Below, piece by piece: positions 10,262 through 18,307 of a stretch of 64,000 bases of DNA. Source of the DNA: an uncultured virus (IMG/VR IMGVR_UViG_3300030117_003229). Its lineage: Duplodnaviria; Heunggongvirae; Uroviricota; Caudoviricetes. The position numbers and the translations under genes were made by a program. A model generated the notes under the pieces. That model made no database searches and was not told where the DNA came from. It saw only the letters and a program-made list of their open reading frames with translations. The stretch lies in the IMG/VR virus record IMGVR_UViG_3300030117_003229, positions 1-64,000 of that record; one strand, 5' to 3'. Every line of letters starts with the position of its first letter. The first letter of the stretch is position 1.

Positions 10262-10586
10262 TCGGATTATCCTCGAAACCGCACTCTTTTAGCACTGTTT
10301 CTAAATTACCTGTCATGTCTACAGCAGTTTTATCTGTCATGCCAAGATAATTCTTGGCCATGAAGATTTGCATAGCAATTGAGTTGTTTTCCATTGCGCT
10401 AACCCACATGGATCTGCGCAGTTTGAACTTCATCTCTTCTTTACCAGCTTCTACCTTCGCTTTGAAGTGTTTGCGTATTGTACCTTCGGACACTTCAAAG
10501 TATTTGCCGATTTCGATGTAGTTGCAGCCAAAACTAGCAAGCATTTTTACCTTTTCAGGATCTATTTTCTTTGTTTTCTTATCCAT
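10179..10586 (-). CDS. terS: Terminase small subunit
   Basis: N-terminal HTH, MQIFMAKNYLGM motif, upstream of terL. Confidence 0.75.
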   Translation of the reverse strand: MDKKTKKIDPEKVKMLASFGCNYIEIGKYFEVSEGTIRKHFKAKVEAGKEEMKFKLRRSMWVSAMENNSIAMQIFMAKNYLGMTDKTAVDMTGNLETVLKECGFEDNPIDKVNTEQAKAMEDFGIPTDSTAVGRS

Positions 10587-10911
10587 CTTCCTTATTAGAG
10601 CTTTCGATGACAGCTTTTATTTTAATTAACGTCCTGCGCCAGTATTCTTTGACTGAGGACTCGGTTATCTCCATTTCCTGCGCAATATCTACAAATGCAT
10701 GGCCACGAATACGTTCTTTAAACACTCGTAACTCCTGTGGAGACATACGATCGTAGAACTGGTGCGCTGCGAGTTGCAGGTGGCGCAGGGATGGTTCGAT
10801 CAAACCACTTCGGAAAACTAGAATCATTGTGTGGTAGCGATCTGCGCGGTCGATAGCATGAAGCCACTTGTCAGTGTTGTCATCTGTTAGGTTACTCCAG
10901 ACTTCTTCCAT
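10579..10911 (-). CDS. Sigma-70 region 4-like HTH regulator (possible late activator)
   Basis: MSPQELRVF...FVDIAQEMEITESSVKEY. Confidence 0.65.
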   Translation of the reverse strand: MEEVWSNLTDDNTDKWLHAIDRADRYHTMILVFRSGLIEPSLRHLQLAAHQFYDRMSPQELRVFKERIRGHAFVDIAQEMEITESSVKEYWRRTLIKIKAVIESSNKEDG

Positions 10912-11009
10912 AGTAGAATTTACGCAGGGGTGTTGACAAAAACGAAGAGGAAAATTTTAAGACGCGGTAAGTGGCATTTTGGGTGGTTTGCCTTGGTGTA
11001 TCCGATCCT

Positions 11010-11037
11010 ATTATACATAATATATATTATGCGCAAT
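11010..11037 (-). other. dif-like XerC/XerD site 1
   Basis: Minus strand ATTGCGCATAA-TATATA-TTATGTATAAT vs E. coli dif GGTGCGCATAA-TGTATA-TTATGTTAAAT. Confidence 0.85.
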
Positions 11038-11156
11038 ACTAAGTGTTGATATTGTTAGACTTAGCATTTTACAATTTATTAGTTTGACTATTTGACATTG
11101 TGCGCCGCTTTTCTTTTTGTTTTTGCTTTGACTCAATATTTTTATTTAAGTAAGTG

Positions 11157-11185
11157 TTGACACATTATATATATATAGCTATATT
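11157..11185 (+). promoter_or_regulatory. Sigma-70 promoter of the early cassette
   Basis: TTGACA-17 nt-TATATT. Confidence 0.8.
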
Positions 11186-11240
11186 TTAGCGCGGAATGAG
11201 AGCCGCAAGAGAGTAATTAAAACAAAAGAGAGAGGTTAAA

Positions 11241-11528
11241 ATGGATCGATTAAGAGCATTTAAAATCAAACTATTACCAGCAACTAACACCAAAGGAACA
11301 CGTATTAAAATAATTGATACGTTTTTTAATGGCCGCACTAAAGATAAAGCAACCGCCGTTGTTTTATCATATGATTATCAATATAATCATTTGTTAGATC
11401 AAGCAATTAATCACTTAAAAAAAGTATGTAATATAAATATAGTTTCATGTTCATATAATACTAAAGATAATGCTTTTATATTATTAACAAACGATTTTGA
11501 AACTGAATTAACAAAAGAGAGAGGTTAA
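11241..11528 (+). CDS. Early hypothetical protein
   Basis: AAAGAGAGAGG RBS; PATNTKGTRIK motif typical of small phage early proteins. Confidence 0.65.
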   Translation: MDRLRAFKIKLLPATNTKGTRIKIIDTFFNGRTKDKATAVVLSYDYQYNHLLDQAINHLKKVCNINIVSCSYNTKDNAFILLTNDFETELTKERG

Positions 11529-11531
11529 AAA

Positions 11532-11717
11532 ATGAGTGATGATTTAATTATAGCGGTTAAACACTATTTAAAAGAAGTTGATAGACAAAGTCCAATTGTG
11601 CCAACTTCACATAACACACTAATTAAACTAGTGAGAATTTTTGGCGCAAAAGACATACGCGCTGAAATTAACAGGCAACTATATAAAGAGAAAAGAGAGA
11701 GGTTAAACAATGAGTAA
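11532..11717 (+). CDS. Early hypothetical protein
   Basis: Same RBS repeat; part of the operon. Confidence 0.55.
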   Translation: MSDDLIIAVKHYLKEVDRQSPIVPTSHNTLIKLVRIFGAKDIRAEINRQLYKEKRERLNNE

Positions 11718-12291
11718 TTACTTAACAAACACAAACAGCAAAATAAAAAAGACCGCTAAATTAAACGGCGTGCGCTTGTATGAGTTTAATTTGCCAGCGG
11801 TTTCATGCTGTCCATTTGCGGATATATGCAAGGAATATTGTTACGCTGATAAAGGCACGTTTAAATATCCTAATGTACAGGCAAAATATAATTCTAATTA
11901 TGAATTAACAAAAAACACTGAATTATTTATTGAATCAATCCAAAGTGAGTTAATAGAAAAGCGTGTTGAGTTTGTGCGCATCCATTCGAGCGGCGATTTT
12001 TACAGCCTTAAATATTTGCGTTCCTGGTTAACCATTGCAAAAAATAATCCTAATATTATTTTTTATGGATATACCAAAAGCGTACCATTTTTTAAATCTG
12101 TAACACCGCCGCCAAATTTTATCTTTTGTTTTTCTACTGGTGGGAAAATGGACCACCTAATAAAAGACACTGATAAACGCGCGGTAATATTTGATACTAA
12201 AGAGGATCTAAAAAAAGCGCGGTATATTGATTGCAGCGTAAATGATATGAAAATGATCGCAACGAATAAAATAGGACTTATTAAGCACTAA
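11710..12291 (+). CDS. Phage Gp88-like Cys-rich (radical SAM-related) protein
   Basis: FNLPA..CP....C..YCYA, RIHSSGDF, YGYTKS motifs. Confidence 0.7.
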   Translation: MSNYLTNTNSKIKKTAKLNGVRLYEFNLPAVSCCPFADICKEYCYADKGTFKYPNVQAKYNSNYELTKNTELFIESIQSELIEKRVEFVRIHSSGDFYSLKYLRSWLTIAKNNPNIIFYGYTKSVPFFKSVTPPPNFIFCFSTGGKMDHLIKDTDKRAVIFDTKEDLKKARYIDCSVNDMKMIATNKIGLIKH

Positions 12292-12341
12292 CTGAAGAAG
12301 GCAGAAGGCCAGAAACAGCGCATTTTTTGCGCTGTCTTAGT
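12287..12341 (+). ncRNA. Hammerhead ribozyme type I (variant, A-A at base of stem II), predicted cleavage after 12336
   Basis: Stem I ACTAA/TTAGT, CTGAAGA, stem II GGC/GCC, GAAA, stem III CAGCGCA/TGCGCTG, GUC. Confidence 0.8.
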
Positions 12342-12364
12342 CAAACAAATAAAAAGGAAAAACA

Positions 12365-12640
12365 ATGTATAACACTTTTAAAAACTGGTTAAATGAAAAT
12401 ACTCAACTTTCAAATAAATCAATTAGTAATTACGGCGGCGCGTTAAATAAAATTACACGCGATTTAATTACTGAAAAAATGATCGTTGAAAGTTTAGAAG
12501 AAATTAAAACAGCGGACCAAGTAAAAGAAACTAAAAAGAAATATTTCGCGATTGATAAATATAAAAAGCAAGATCATAAAGCTAAAAATATGTATCATGC
12601 TGGATTCAATAAATATATACTTTTTAGAGAATCTAATTAA
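12365..12640 (+). CDS. Hypothetical helical protein
   Basis: AAGGA RBS; FKNWL...LS..S..NY..AL...NMY motif. Confidence 0.6.
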   Translation: MYNTFKNWLNENTQLSNKSISNYGGALNKITRDLITEKMIVESLEEIKTADQVKETKKKYFAIDKYKKQDHKAKNMYHAGFNKYILFRESN

Positions 12641-12666
12641 TTAAACAAAAAAAGAGAGTAATAACA

Positions 12667-12954
12667 ATGATAAAACCAAAAACAAAAGCACAAAAAAAAC
12701 AAGATCAAACTAAACTAGACCAAGCCGCGCATAAATGCGCTAAAGCAATAAATAGCTTTGTTACTGAGTTATATGAAGGTGAATTCAGGCTTGATTGGAT
12801 TTACTTTAGCACAATTAATAAAATGCAGGAATCCGATAATAAATATCAATACGCTAAAAAAACTCAGAAGGAAGAATTTACATTTACTAGCTATGAAGAA
12901 GATAAGGATCATAAAGAATGGAATAATTCAACGCATATAGATAAATATAAATAA
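12667..12954 (+). CDS. Early hypothetical protein
   Basis: AAGAGAG RBS; ORF ends just before hammerhead 2. Confidence 0.6.
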   Translation: MIKPKTKAQKKQDQTKLDQAAHKCAKAINSFVTELYEGEFRLDWIYFSTINKMQESDNKYQYAKKTQKEEFTFTSYEEDKDHKEWNNSTHIDKYK

Positions 12955-12955
12955 A

Positions 12956-13027
12956 TCCATACTGAAGAGCGCGATTAATTACCGCGCGAAATATCGCCGT
13001 TTTTGCGGCGGTATCTATGGAAATTAA
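12956..13027 (+). ncRNA. Hammerhead ribozyme type I (canonical core), predicted cleavage after 13015
   Basis: Stem I TCCATA/TATGGA, CTGAAGA, stem II GCGCG/CGCGC, GAAA, stem III TATCGCCG/CGGCGGTA, AUC; loop II TTAATT can pair with AATTAA at 13022-13027. Confidence 0.92.
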
Positions 13028-13042
13028 AAAAGAGGTTTAAAC

Positions 13043-13129
13043 ATGCTTAAAACACTCGAAAAAATAGCGCATATATACTTATCAATATGCGTTTTAGTAT
13101 GGATATTACAACTATGTTTGAGTGGTTAA
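13043..13129 (+). CDS. Tiny hydrophobic peptide (28 aa)
   Basis: AAGAGG RBS; MLKTLEKIAHIYLSICVLVWILQLCLSG. Confidence 0.45.
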   Translation: MLKTLEKIAHIYLSICVLVWILQLCLSG

Positions 13130-13192
13130 TATGGTTTATTTTGGCGTTGATTTTGTATTTTAGCGCATCGGAATAAATACACAACACTAAAC

Positions 13193-13226
13193 AAAAAAAG
13201 CCGCGTTTTAAACGCGGTTTTTTTTT
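13193..13226. terminator. Bidirectional rho-independent terminator
   Basis: A7-GCCGCGTTTTAAACGCGG-T9 between convergent operons. Confidence 0.85.
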
Positions 13227-13366
13227 ACCTATACATACCAAGCCGCACAAATAAAACGCGCGTTTTTGCGCAAATTAAACACTAAAAATAAAAGATCTTT
13301 TGATCATTGCAGCCGTTTCAAATATTAGTTTGAATTCTACTTGTGTTTTTTCGTGTTTTAAATCCT

Positions 13367-13394
13367 ATTATACATAATCTTTTTTATGCACATA
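13367..13394 (-). other. dif-like XerC/XerD site 2 (direct repeat of site 1)
   Basis: Minus strand TATGTGCATAA-AAAAGA-TTATGTATAAT; ATCCTATTATACATAAT identical to site 1. Confidence 0.75.
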
Positions 13395-13505
13395 CTTTTT
13401 TTGAATTGATTTTTTTTCATTTTTGATCGATTTTTGCACACTTAATAAGGCATATTTGTGCTAATTATATTATACTGCTAGGGTTATTATATTATATGGC
13501 CAAGG

Positions 13506-13712
13506 TTATTTTTGTTTTTTAATTTGCCTGTTGCGCCATGACAACTTGGCGCGATTCTTAATTTTCAAAAAACACTTATCCAACTGGCTAACTCTAGTAT
13601 CATGCCACCACTCCAAAACCAGCGCACAATGAGTCTCGCCACGTATGTTTTGAGCAAACTCGCAGTAATTCTCTTTCTTATCCGAAAGTACGCACTTTTC
13701 AGGGTAAATCAT
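13506..13712 (-). CDS. Cys-containing hypothetical protein
   Basis: 68-aa ORF after the replication gene. Confidence 0.45.
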   Translation of the reverse strand: MIYPEKCVLSDKKENYCEFAQNIRGETHCALVLEWWHDTRVSQLDKCFLKIKNRAKLSWRNRQIKKQK

Positions 13713-13721
13713 CGATAGGCA

Positions 13722-13845
13722 GAATATGAAGACTATGAAGAATATGAAGACTTTCTCTCTCTCTCTTCTCGATAAACCAAATCACGCAAAGTCTTTTTTT
13801 ATTTTGCCAAAAGACTTTCAAAGTCTTCAAAGTCTTCAAAGTCTT
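13722..13845. repeat. Iteron-like repeats, putative replication origin
   Basis: GAATATGAAGACT x2 and CAAAGTCTT x4 (three in tandem); AAGACT core in both orientations, next to the primase-helicase gene. Confidence 0.6.
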
Positions 13846-13863
13846 TGTTTTCTTTGTGTCGAG

Positions 13864-15714
13864 TTAATCAAGAAAATCATCTAATTCAGTAGTTACTTTA
13901 CAGTAATGACCATGATCAAGTTTACGAATTAAGCCTTGATTTTCCATTCTTGAAAGCCAATTATATAAAGCTGTTTTACTGCTCAACTTCATCACACTTT
14001 CCAGCGCAACAGCAAACGCAGAGGTACTAAAATTATGACCATCTGTCATAACCGCAGCAAGCACGCGTTCTTCATTCGACTCTTTCGGATCGCTATACCA
14101 ATACATCTCATTTTTAGGAAGTGGCTTCATATATTTAAAATACAATTCACGCCGATCTTCTTCATCAATATTAATCATCTTAATACCAACTGGTACATTA
14201 TGCAACTCGTTATGACTGCGCACCTTCGTTATCTTCATTACCTTTAATCCAGGAACACGCCTAGCATCGGCCATTTGGACCAAACAATCCAAGAAGTTAG
14301 AATACGCAGATCCACCTAATAGCTGCGATACATCGAGTGGAGTCATCTCACCGATCTTCTTATGATGCGACACCAACACAATAGCAACCTTATGTCTTTT
14401 CTTAATATTCACGATCTTACGCAGCAATTCCATTATATCTGAGTTCTTAGACATCGACAACTGCGTACTGGTATACAAGTTATCCACCACCAGCACATCA
14501 TATTCTTCATGCACTAAATTAGCATCAATTATATCCCATTTATCCTGAAACAGATTCGACTGCCCATCACCAGTAAAGCGCAGGTTCTTATCCAAATTCT
14601 CTGACTCAATCGGATATTGATCCATCAACGGCTTACCTACATTCTTAATTAAGCCACTAAAACTCTCATCCTTCAACTCAAACTGCACATGCAACACACG
14701 CTGCGCAGTAGGAATCCGATAGTTCATAAACGGCACACCCATAGCAAGGCACATCGACAACTGCAAACTAAACACCGACTTACCCACATTCGTACCACCT
14801 GCGATACCCATAATGTCACCATCATAAAACAACGACTCAATGATCGGTCTAGGCAACTGGTTGAATGTGGTCCGAAACTGCGACATACTAAACGACTGCA
14901 TACCACCCAGATCCACCGCACTTTCACCATACCTATTGCACAAACTAAGCAGGTTTTCCAGCGTATTACCATCACTAAACCAGTCAGTTATATCATAGCC
15001 TAAAGGTTTATTTTTCCAATCAACGGCATACAACTCCAATTCCTTAGAAAACAGCCGTTTTGCTACCTTTTTCGAGCCTTCTATACCTTTTTCATCGTTA
15101 TCGTATATGATATATAGTTTATTATATCCTGTAGGCAAGGTTAATTCAGCAGGCAGCGCACCTGCACCAGACGTAAACGTAATCGCAGGTGCGCCTTGGC
15201 AGTATGCGGTGACTACATCTTTTTCACCTTCGCACAATATAAGATAGTTTTTGAGAAGTTGCGGAGTCCCAAACATCTTACACTGCGCATCACCGAACTG
15301 CTTTCCTTTATGATGCTTTACATGATTATCATTGATTTGAAATACTAACTGTGGCTTACCATCATCATTCTTTCGCACACCTACAGGCATTTTAAGACAT
15401 TGATCATTCCAAGGCAAGTCCATAGCCTTTACAAATTTTTCCCATCCATTTATAAATGCATTCCGCGCATCTGCGTAGCCACCTTTGTCGACAGATACAA
15501 CAGCCTTAGTATTACTTAATACGTATTCTTCTCTCTTTTGTATTTTCTCATCTTCATCAAATTGCCATGTTTTTTGACACTTATGGCAATGAGCATAATC
15601 CTCATTAATAGTTACTGTACCTTGAGGACGATTAGAGCCTAGATCACACTCAGGACACCAAGCTCTGTTACCATTACGAGATATGCGAGTAAATACATCC
15701 TGTGGGCGAATCAC
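13864..15714 (-). CDS. Primase-helicase (Zn finger + TOPRIM + RepA/AAA_25 helicase)
   Basis: CPEC...CHKC; LCEGEKD...YDND; GGTNVGKS; LVVD; VSHHKK. Confidence 0.85.
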   Translation of the reverse strand: MIRPQDVFTRISRNGNRAWCPECDLGSNRPQGTVTINEDYAHCHKCQKTWQFDEDEKIQKREEYVLSNTKAVVSVDKGGYADARNAFINGWEKFVKAMDLPWNDQCLKMPVGVRKNDDGKPQLVFQINDNHVKHHKGKQFGDAQCKMFGTPQLLKNYLILCEGEKDVVTAYCQGAPAITFTSGAGALPAELTLPTGYNKLYIIYDNDEKGIEGSKKVAKRLFSKELELYAVDWKNKPLGYDITDWFSDGNTLENLLSLCNRYGESAVDLGGMQSFSMSQFRTTFNQLPRPIIESLFYDGDIMGIAGGTNVGKSVFSLQLSMCLAMGVPFMNYRIPTAQRVLHVQFELKDESFSGLIKNVGKPLMDQYPIESENLDKNLRFTGDGQSNLFQDKWDIIDANLVHEEYDVLVVDNLYTSTQLSMSKNSDIMELLRKIVNIKKRHKVAIVLVSHHKKIGEMTPLDVSQLLGGSAYSNFLDCLVQMADARRVPGLKVMKITKVRSHNELHNVPVGIKMINIDEEDRRELYFKYMKPLPKNEMYWYSDPKESNEERVLAAVMTDGHNFSTSAFAVALESVMKLSSKTALYNWLSRMENQGLIRKLDHGHYCKVTTELDDFLD

Positions 15715-16367
15715 AGCGCACTGCGCAACTTATTTAATGCGCAGCAATGCTTAAAAACCTGCGCACCAGCGTCCAGTTTTTTGCGATCAATAACATGTTG
15801 ATGAAATTTGCCATCTTCCTTACCAAAACGCATTATGATACCATGAGATACCTTAGCCTTCGGCTGCGCAGCTTCGTACATAAACGTGTAGGCGCCTAGC
15901 TGGCAAATCATTTCTGGGTATGGACCGCCCTTTGAAGTTTTCCAGTCTACCACAATCAATTCATTATCTTTCTTGGCAATGGCATCTACTGTGCCACCAA
16001 CCTGCAACTCTTCATTTACCAGGACAAGTTCACTGGCTAATATTTTCATGCCTGCTTTGTCATACCATGACTTAAAGCCAAAAAAGGCTTTTAGTGCTTT
16101 TTCTTCTTGATTTGGTGTAAAATCACGCGTGTCAACATCAAAACCTTGAAAAAAGCCTTGTATTAATAGGTGTGTCAACGTTCCTATGCGACCTGCTTCA
16201 CGCATTACTGCATCAGCATCCTCGCCCTGCGCAGTCATCCGCTTTGCCCACGCAATCAAGGTATTCTTATTCCAACCTAACATAGCATTGATGATAGTGG
16301 TTACAGAACTAGCACGATTGCCATTCTGAAGGACATAATTCTGTCCATGTAGCTTTGTTTTACTCAT
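15711..16367 (-). CDS. PD-(D/E)XK exonuclease (Cas4-like phage nuclease)
   Basis: SVTTI, GTLTH, GTVD...DWKTS, QLGAY. Confidence 0.8.
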   Translation of the reverse strand: MSKTKLHGQNYVLQNGNRASSVTTIINAMLGWNKNTLIAWAKRMTAQGEDADAVMREAGRIGTLTHLLIQGFFQGFDVDTRDFTPNQEEKALKAFFGFKSWYDKAGMKILASELVLVNEELQVGGTVDAIAKKDNELIVVDWKTSKGGPYPEMICQLGAYTFMYEAAQPKAKVSHGIIMRFGKEDGKFHQHVIDRKKLDAGAQVFKHCCALNKLRSAL

Positions 16368-16466
16368 TCTCGTTCCTTTTGTATCTATTGATTAAAAATA
16401 ATATATAATGCACTAGTATAAGTGCCAGTATTCCATTTAGCAGGTATTCTGATATATCTATTAATA

Positions 16467-16670
16467 TCATTTTTCTACCTCATCATAAATTTCTAACAGC
16501 ATTTCTTCTATTTTTTCTGATCTTTCTTTCATAACTTTTTCCAAGTGCTTAAACTTTTGATTATTAAACCAGCGCATCAAATAATGATATATAATCAATA
16601 ACACTGCGATGTATACTAAGGTAAATACATCAAATCCATTCTCAGATAATGATTGTAGCCAAAAACTCAT
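16467..16670 (-). CDS. Small membrane protein
   Basis: One TM segment followed by a coiled-coil; GGAGG RBS. Confidence 0.5.
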   Translation of the reverse strand: MSFWLQSLSENGFDVFTLVYIAVLLIIYHYLMRWFNNQKFKHLEKVMKERSEKIEEMLLEIYDEVEK

Positions 16671-17419
16671 AAGACCTCCATTTGTTTGATTTTATAAAAA
16701 ATATAATAAGCTATCTGCGGCACTATTGCGTTTCCGAGTCCTTTAAGTCGGTCCATCCTATTGGAAATCCCATTAGCCACTCTACGAACTCTGGGTTCAG
16801 CGTTCCACCCACTTTGTTCACTGATTCTATTGCAAAGTCCAATCGATTCGTTGGATCGTTTGCTCTTTTGTGACCTGCGGACCAGCCTTTGTAATCGCTG
16901 GCCGTTGGCGTAGGCAACAATCCAGATTCTTTCTCTTTGATGCCAAGCTCCAACTTGCTTTGCAGAAATAATTTGCCATTCAGCATCATAGCCGATTTTG
17001 GCAAGATCGTTAATAATTCGTGTTCCGCCCCTAATAGCGAGCATTGGAACGTTCTCAATGATTGCAAATCTTGGTCGTACTTCGCTAATGACTCTATGCA
17101 TTTCTGACCAAAGACCAGACCTCTCTCCTTCAATACCTTCTCCTCTTCCTACCTGAGATATATCCTGGCATGGAAAGCCACCAGTAATTATATCTACATT
17201 ATTAAATGAAAACCCACTAAGTGTTTTAATATCATTGTATACTGTTGTATCTGGAAAATTTTTCTTTAATACCTTCCTGCAATATTGATCAATCTCACAA
17301 AATCCAACAATATCTAACTTATCTTTCCAAACCCACTGCGCAGCAAGACTGAATCCACCTATACCACTAAATAGGTCTAAAAGTTTCACACCTGACATGG
17401 CTGCCCATACCAAAGCCAA
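16667..17419 (-). CDS. dcm: C5-cytosine DNA methyltransferase, alpha subunit
   Basis: DLFSGIGG (I), GGFPCQD (IV), ENV (VI), HQRER (VIII), LGNAIVP (X); no motif IX; true start probably slightly downstream. Confidence 0.9.
   Translation of the reverse strand: MALVWAAMSGVKLLDLFSGIGGFSLAAQWVWKDKLDIVGFCEIDQYCRKVLKKNFPDTTVYNDIKTLSGFSFNNVDIITGGFPCQDISQVGRGEGIEGERSGLWSEMHRVISEVRPRFAIIENVPMLAIRGGTRIINDLAKIGYDAEWQIISAKQVGAWHQRERIWIVAYANGQRLQRLVRRSQKSKRSNESIGLCNRISEQSGWNAEPRVRRVANGISNRMDRLKGLGNAIVPQIAYYIFYKIKQMEVL
16723..17133 (-). CDS. C5 methyltransferase beta subunit nested in an alternative frame (TRD + motif IX)
   Basis: LLPTPTASD...LNPEFVEWLMGFPIGWT; start uncertain. Confidence 0.75.
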   Translation of the reverse strand: MKERGLVFGQKCIESLAKYDQDLQSLRTFQCSLLGAEHELLTILPKSAMMLNGKLFLQSKLELGIKEKESGLLPTPTASDYKGWSAGHKRANDPTNRLDFAIESVNKVGGTLNPEFVEWLMGFPIGWTDLKDSETQ

Positions 17420-17446
17420 ACAAAGGAAAATACATATGTCATCCTC

Positions 17447-17683
17447 TTAGACATTTGCGTCAGGTGTGCAATATTTACAAATTTTTCTTTCTTTACCATA
17501 GGTCACAAAATCTTCGTAATACTCTATATGATACTTTGTTGTTTGTTTAGATTTTTCCCAGCACCGATTGCATGACTTACAATAATAAATATGTTCATCT
17601 GCTTTATATGCATCGGTATTTTTTCTGTCTTTTATTTTCTTTAAGGCAAATAATTTTTTACCCCACTGTAATACATTATCCAT
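17447..17683 (-). CDS. Zn-finger hypothetical protein (homolog of 46466..46735)
   Basis: CKSC..W...GKE.K.C..C in both phages. Confidence 0.6.
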   Translation of the reverse strand: MDNVLQWGKKLFALKKIKDRKNTDAYKADEHIYYCKSCNRCWEKSKQTTKYHIEYYEDFVTYGKERKICKYCTPDANV

Positions 17684-17894
17684 TTATCTCTCTCCTCACT
17701 TTATTAGTTATATCTACTTCAGAACCATCATACTGCACCTGCGCAGCAAACAATAGTTCTGCACCTCTTCTTAAATTTTTTAACTTTTTAAGGTCTTTAA
17801 TTAAATCTTTTAAGTCTAACCTTGTAATGACCTCATCAGCCGTTTGTAAATCTTCAGTATCATACTGGATGCTACCTGCGTAATATTCTATCAT
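17676..17894 (-). CDS. Hypothetical protein
   Basis: Coupled ORF in operon. Confidence 0.5.
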   Translation of the reverse strand: MIEYYAGSIQYDTEDLQTADEVITRLDLKDLIKDLKKLKNLRRGAELLFAAQVQYDGSEVDITNKVRREING

Positions 17895-18307
17895 CAGCTA
17901 AACTCTGGAAACCTTTCGTAAGAATAAAACCACTTTCTGCCTTTGCTCTGATTATTCTTACCTGTACTCAACGCAAGGCACAATGCATGCGTATTTTCGT
18001 ATGGTACATACGCAACTATATCTTTAGGTACATAGTATACTGCCACTACATCAACTCGTCCAGTATTGCGATATTTACTTAGATTGACTTCTACTGCTGT
18101 ACCTCTGGATACTTCCAATACTGATTTAACCTGCACTCGTTTCATTGCACCATTGGTCATCTCAACTACCAGATCTACTTGGTCTGCATCTACAATAGGA
18201 TGATACACATTATAACCTTGCATAATTAAATCTTTTTGAACTGCAAGTTCACCCAATGCACCTTTAAACTGACTTCGCATCTTGCTTCCACTCAATATAA
18301 GGTTCAA
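17894..18307 (-). CDS. PD-(D/E)XK endonuclease (homing-endonuclease-like)
   Basis: KGALGE...VDLVV...RVQVKS. Confidence 0.7.
   Translation of the reverse strand: MNLILSGSKMRSQFKGALGELAVQKDLIMQGYNVYHPIVDADQVDLVVEMTNGAMKRVQVKSVLEVSRGTAVEVNLSKYRNTGRVDVVAVYYVPKDIVAYVPYENTHALCLALSTGKNNQSKGRKWFYSYERFPEFS

Noticed and set aside
13047..13250. Minus-strand 67-aa ORF
   Set aside because: Runs through the terminator and antisense to the plus-strand unit.
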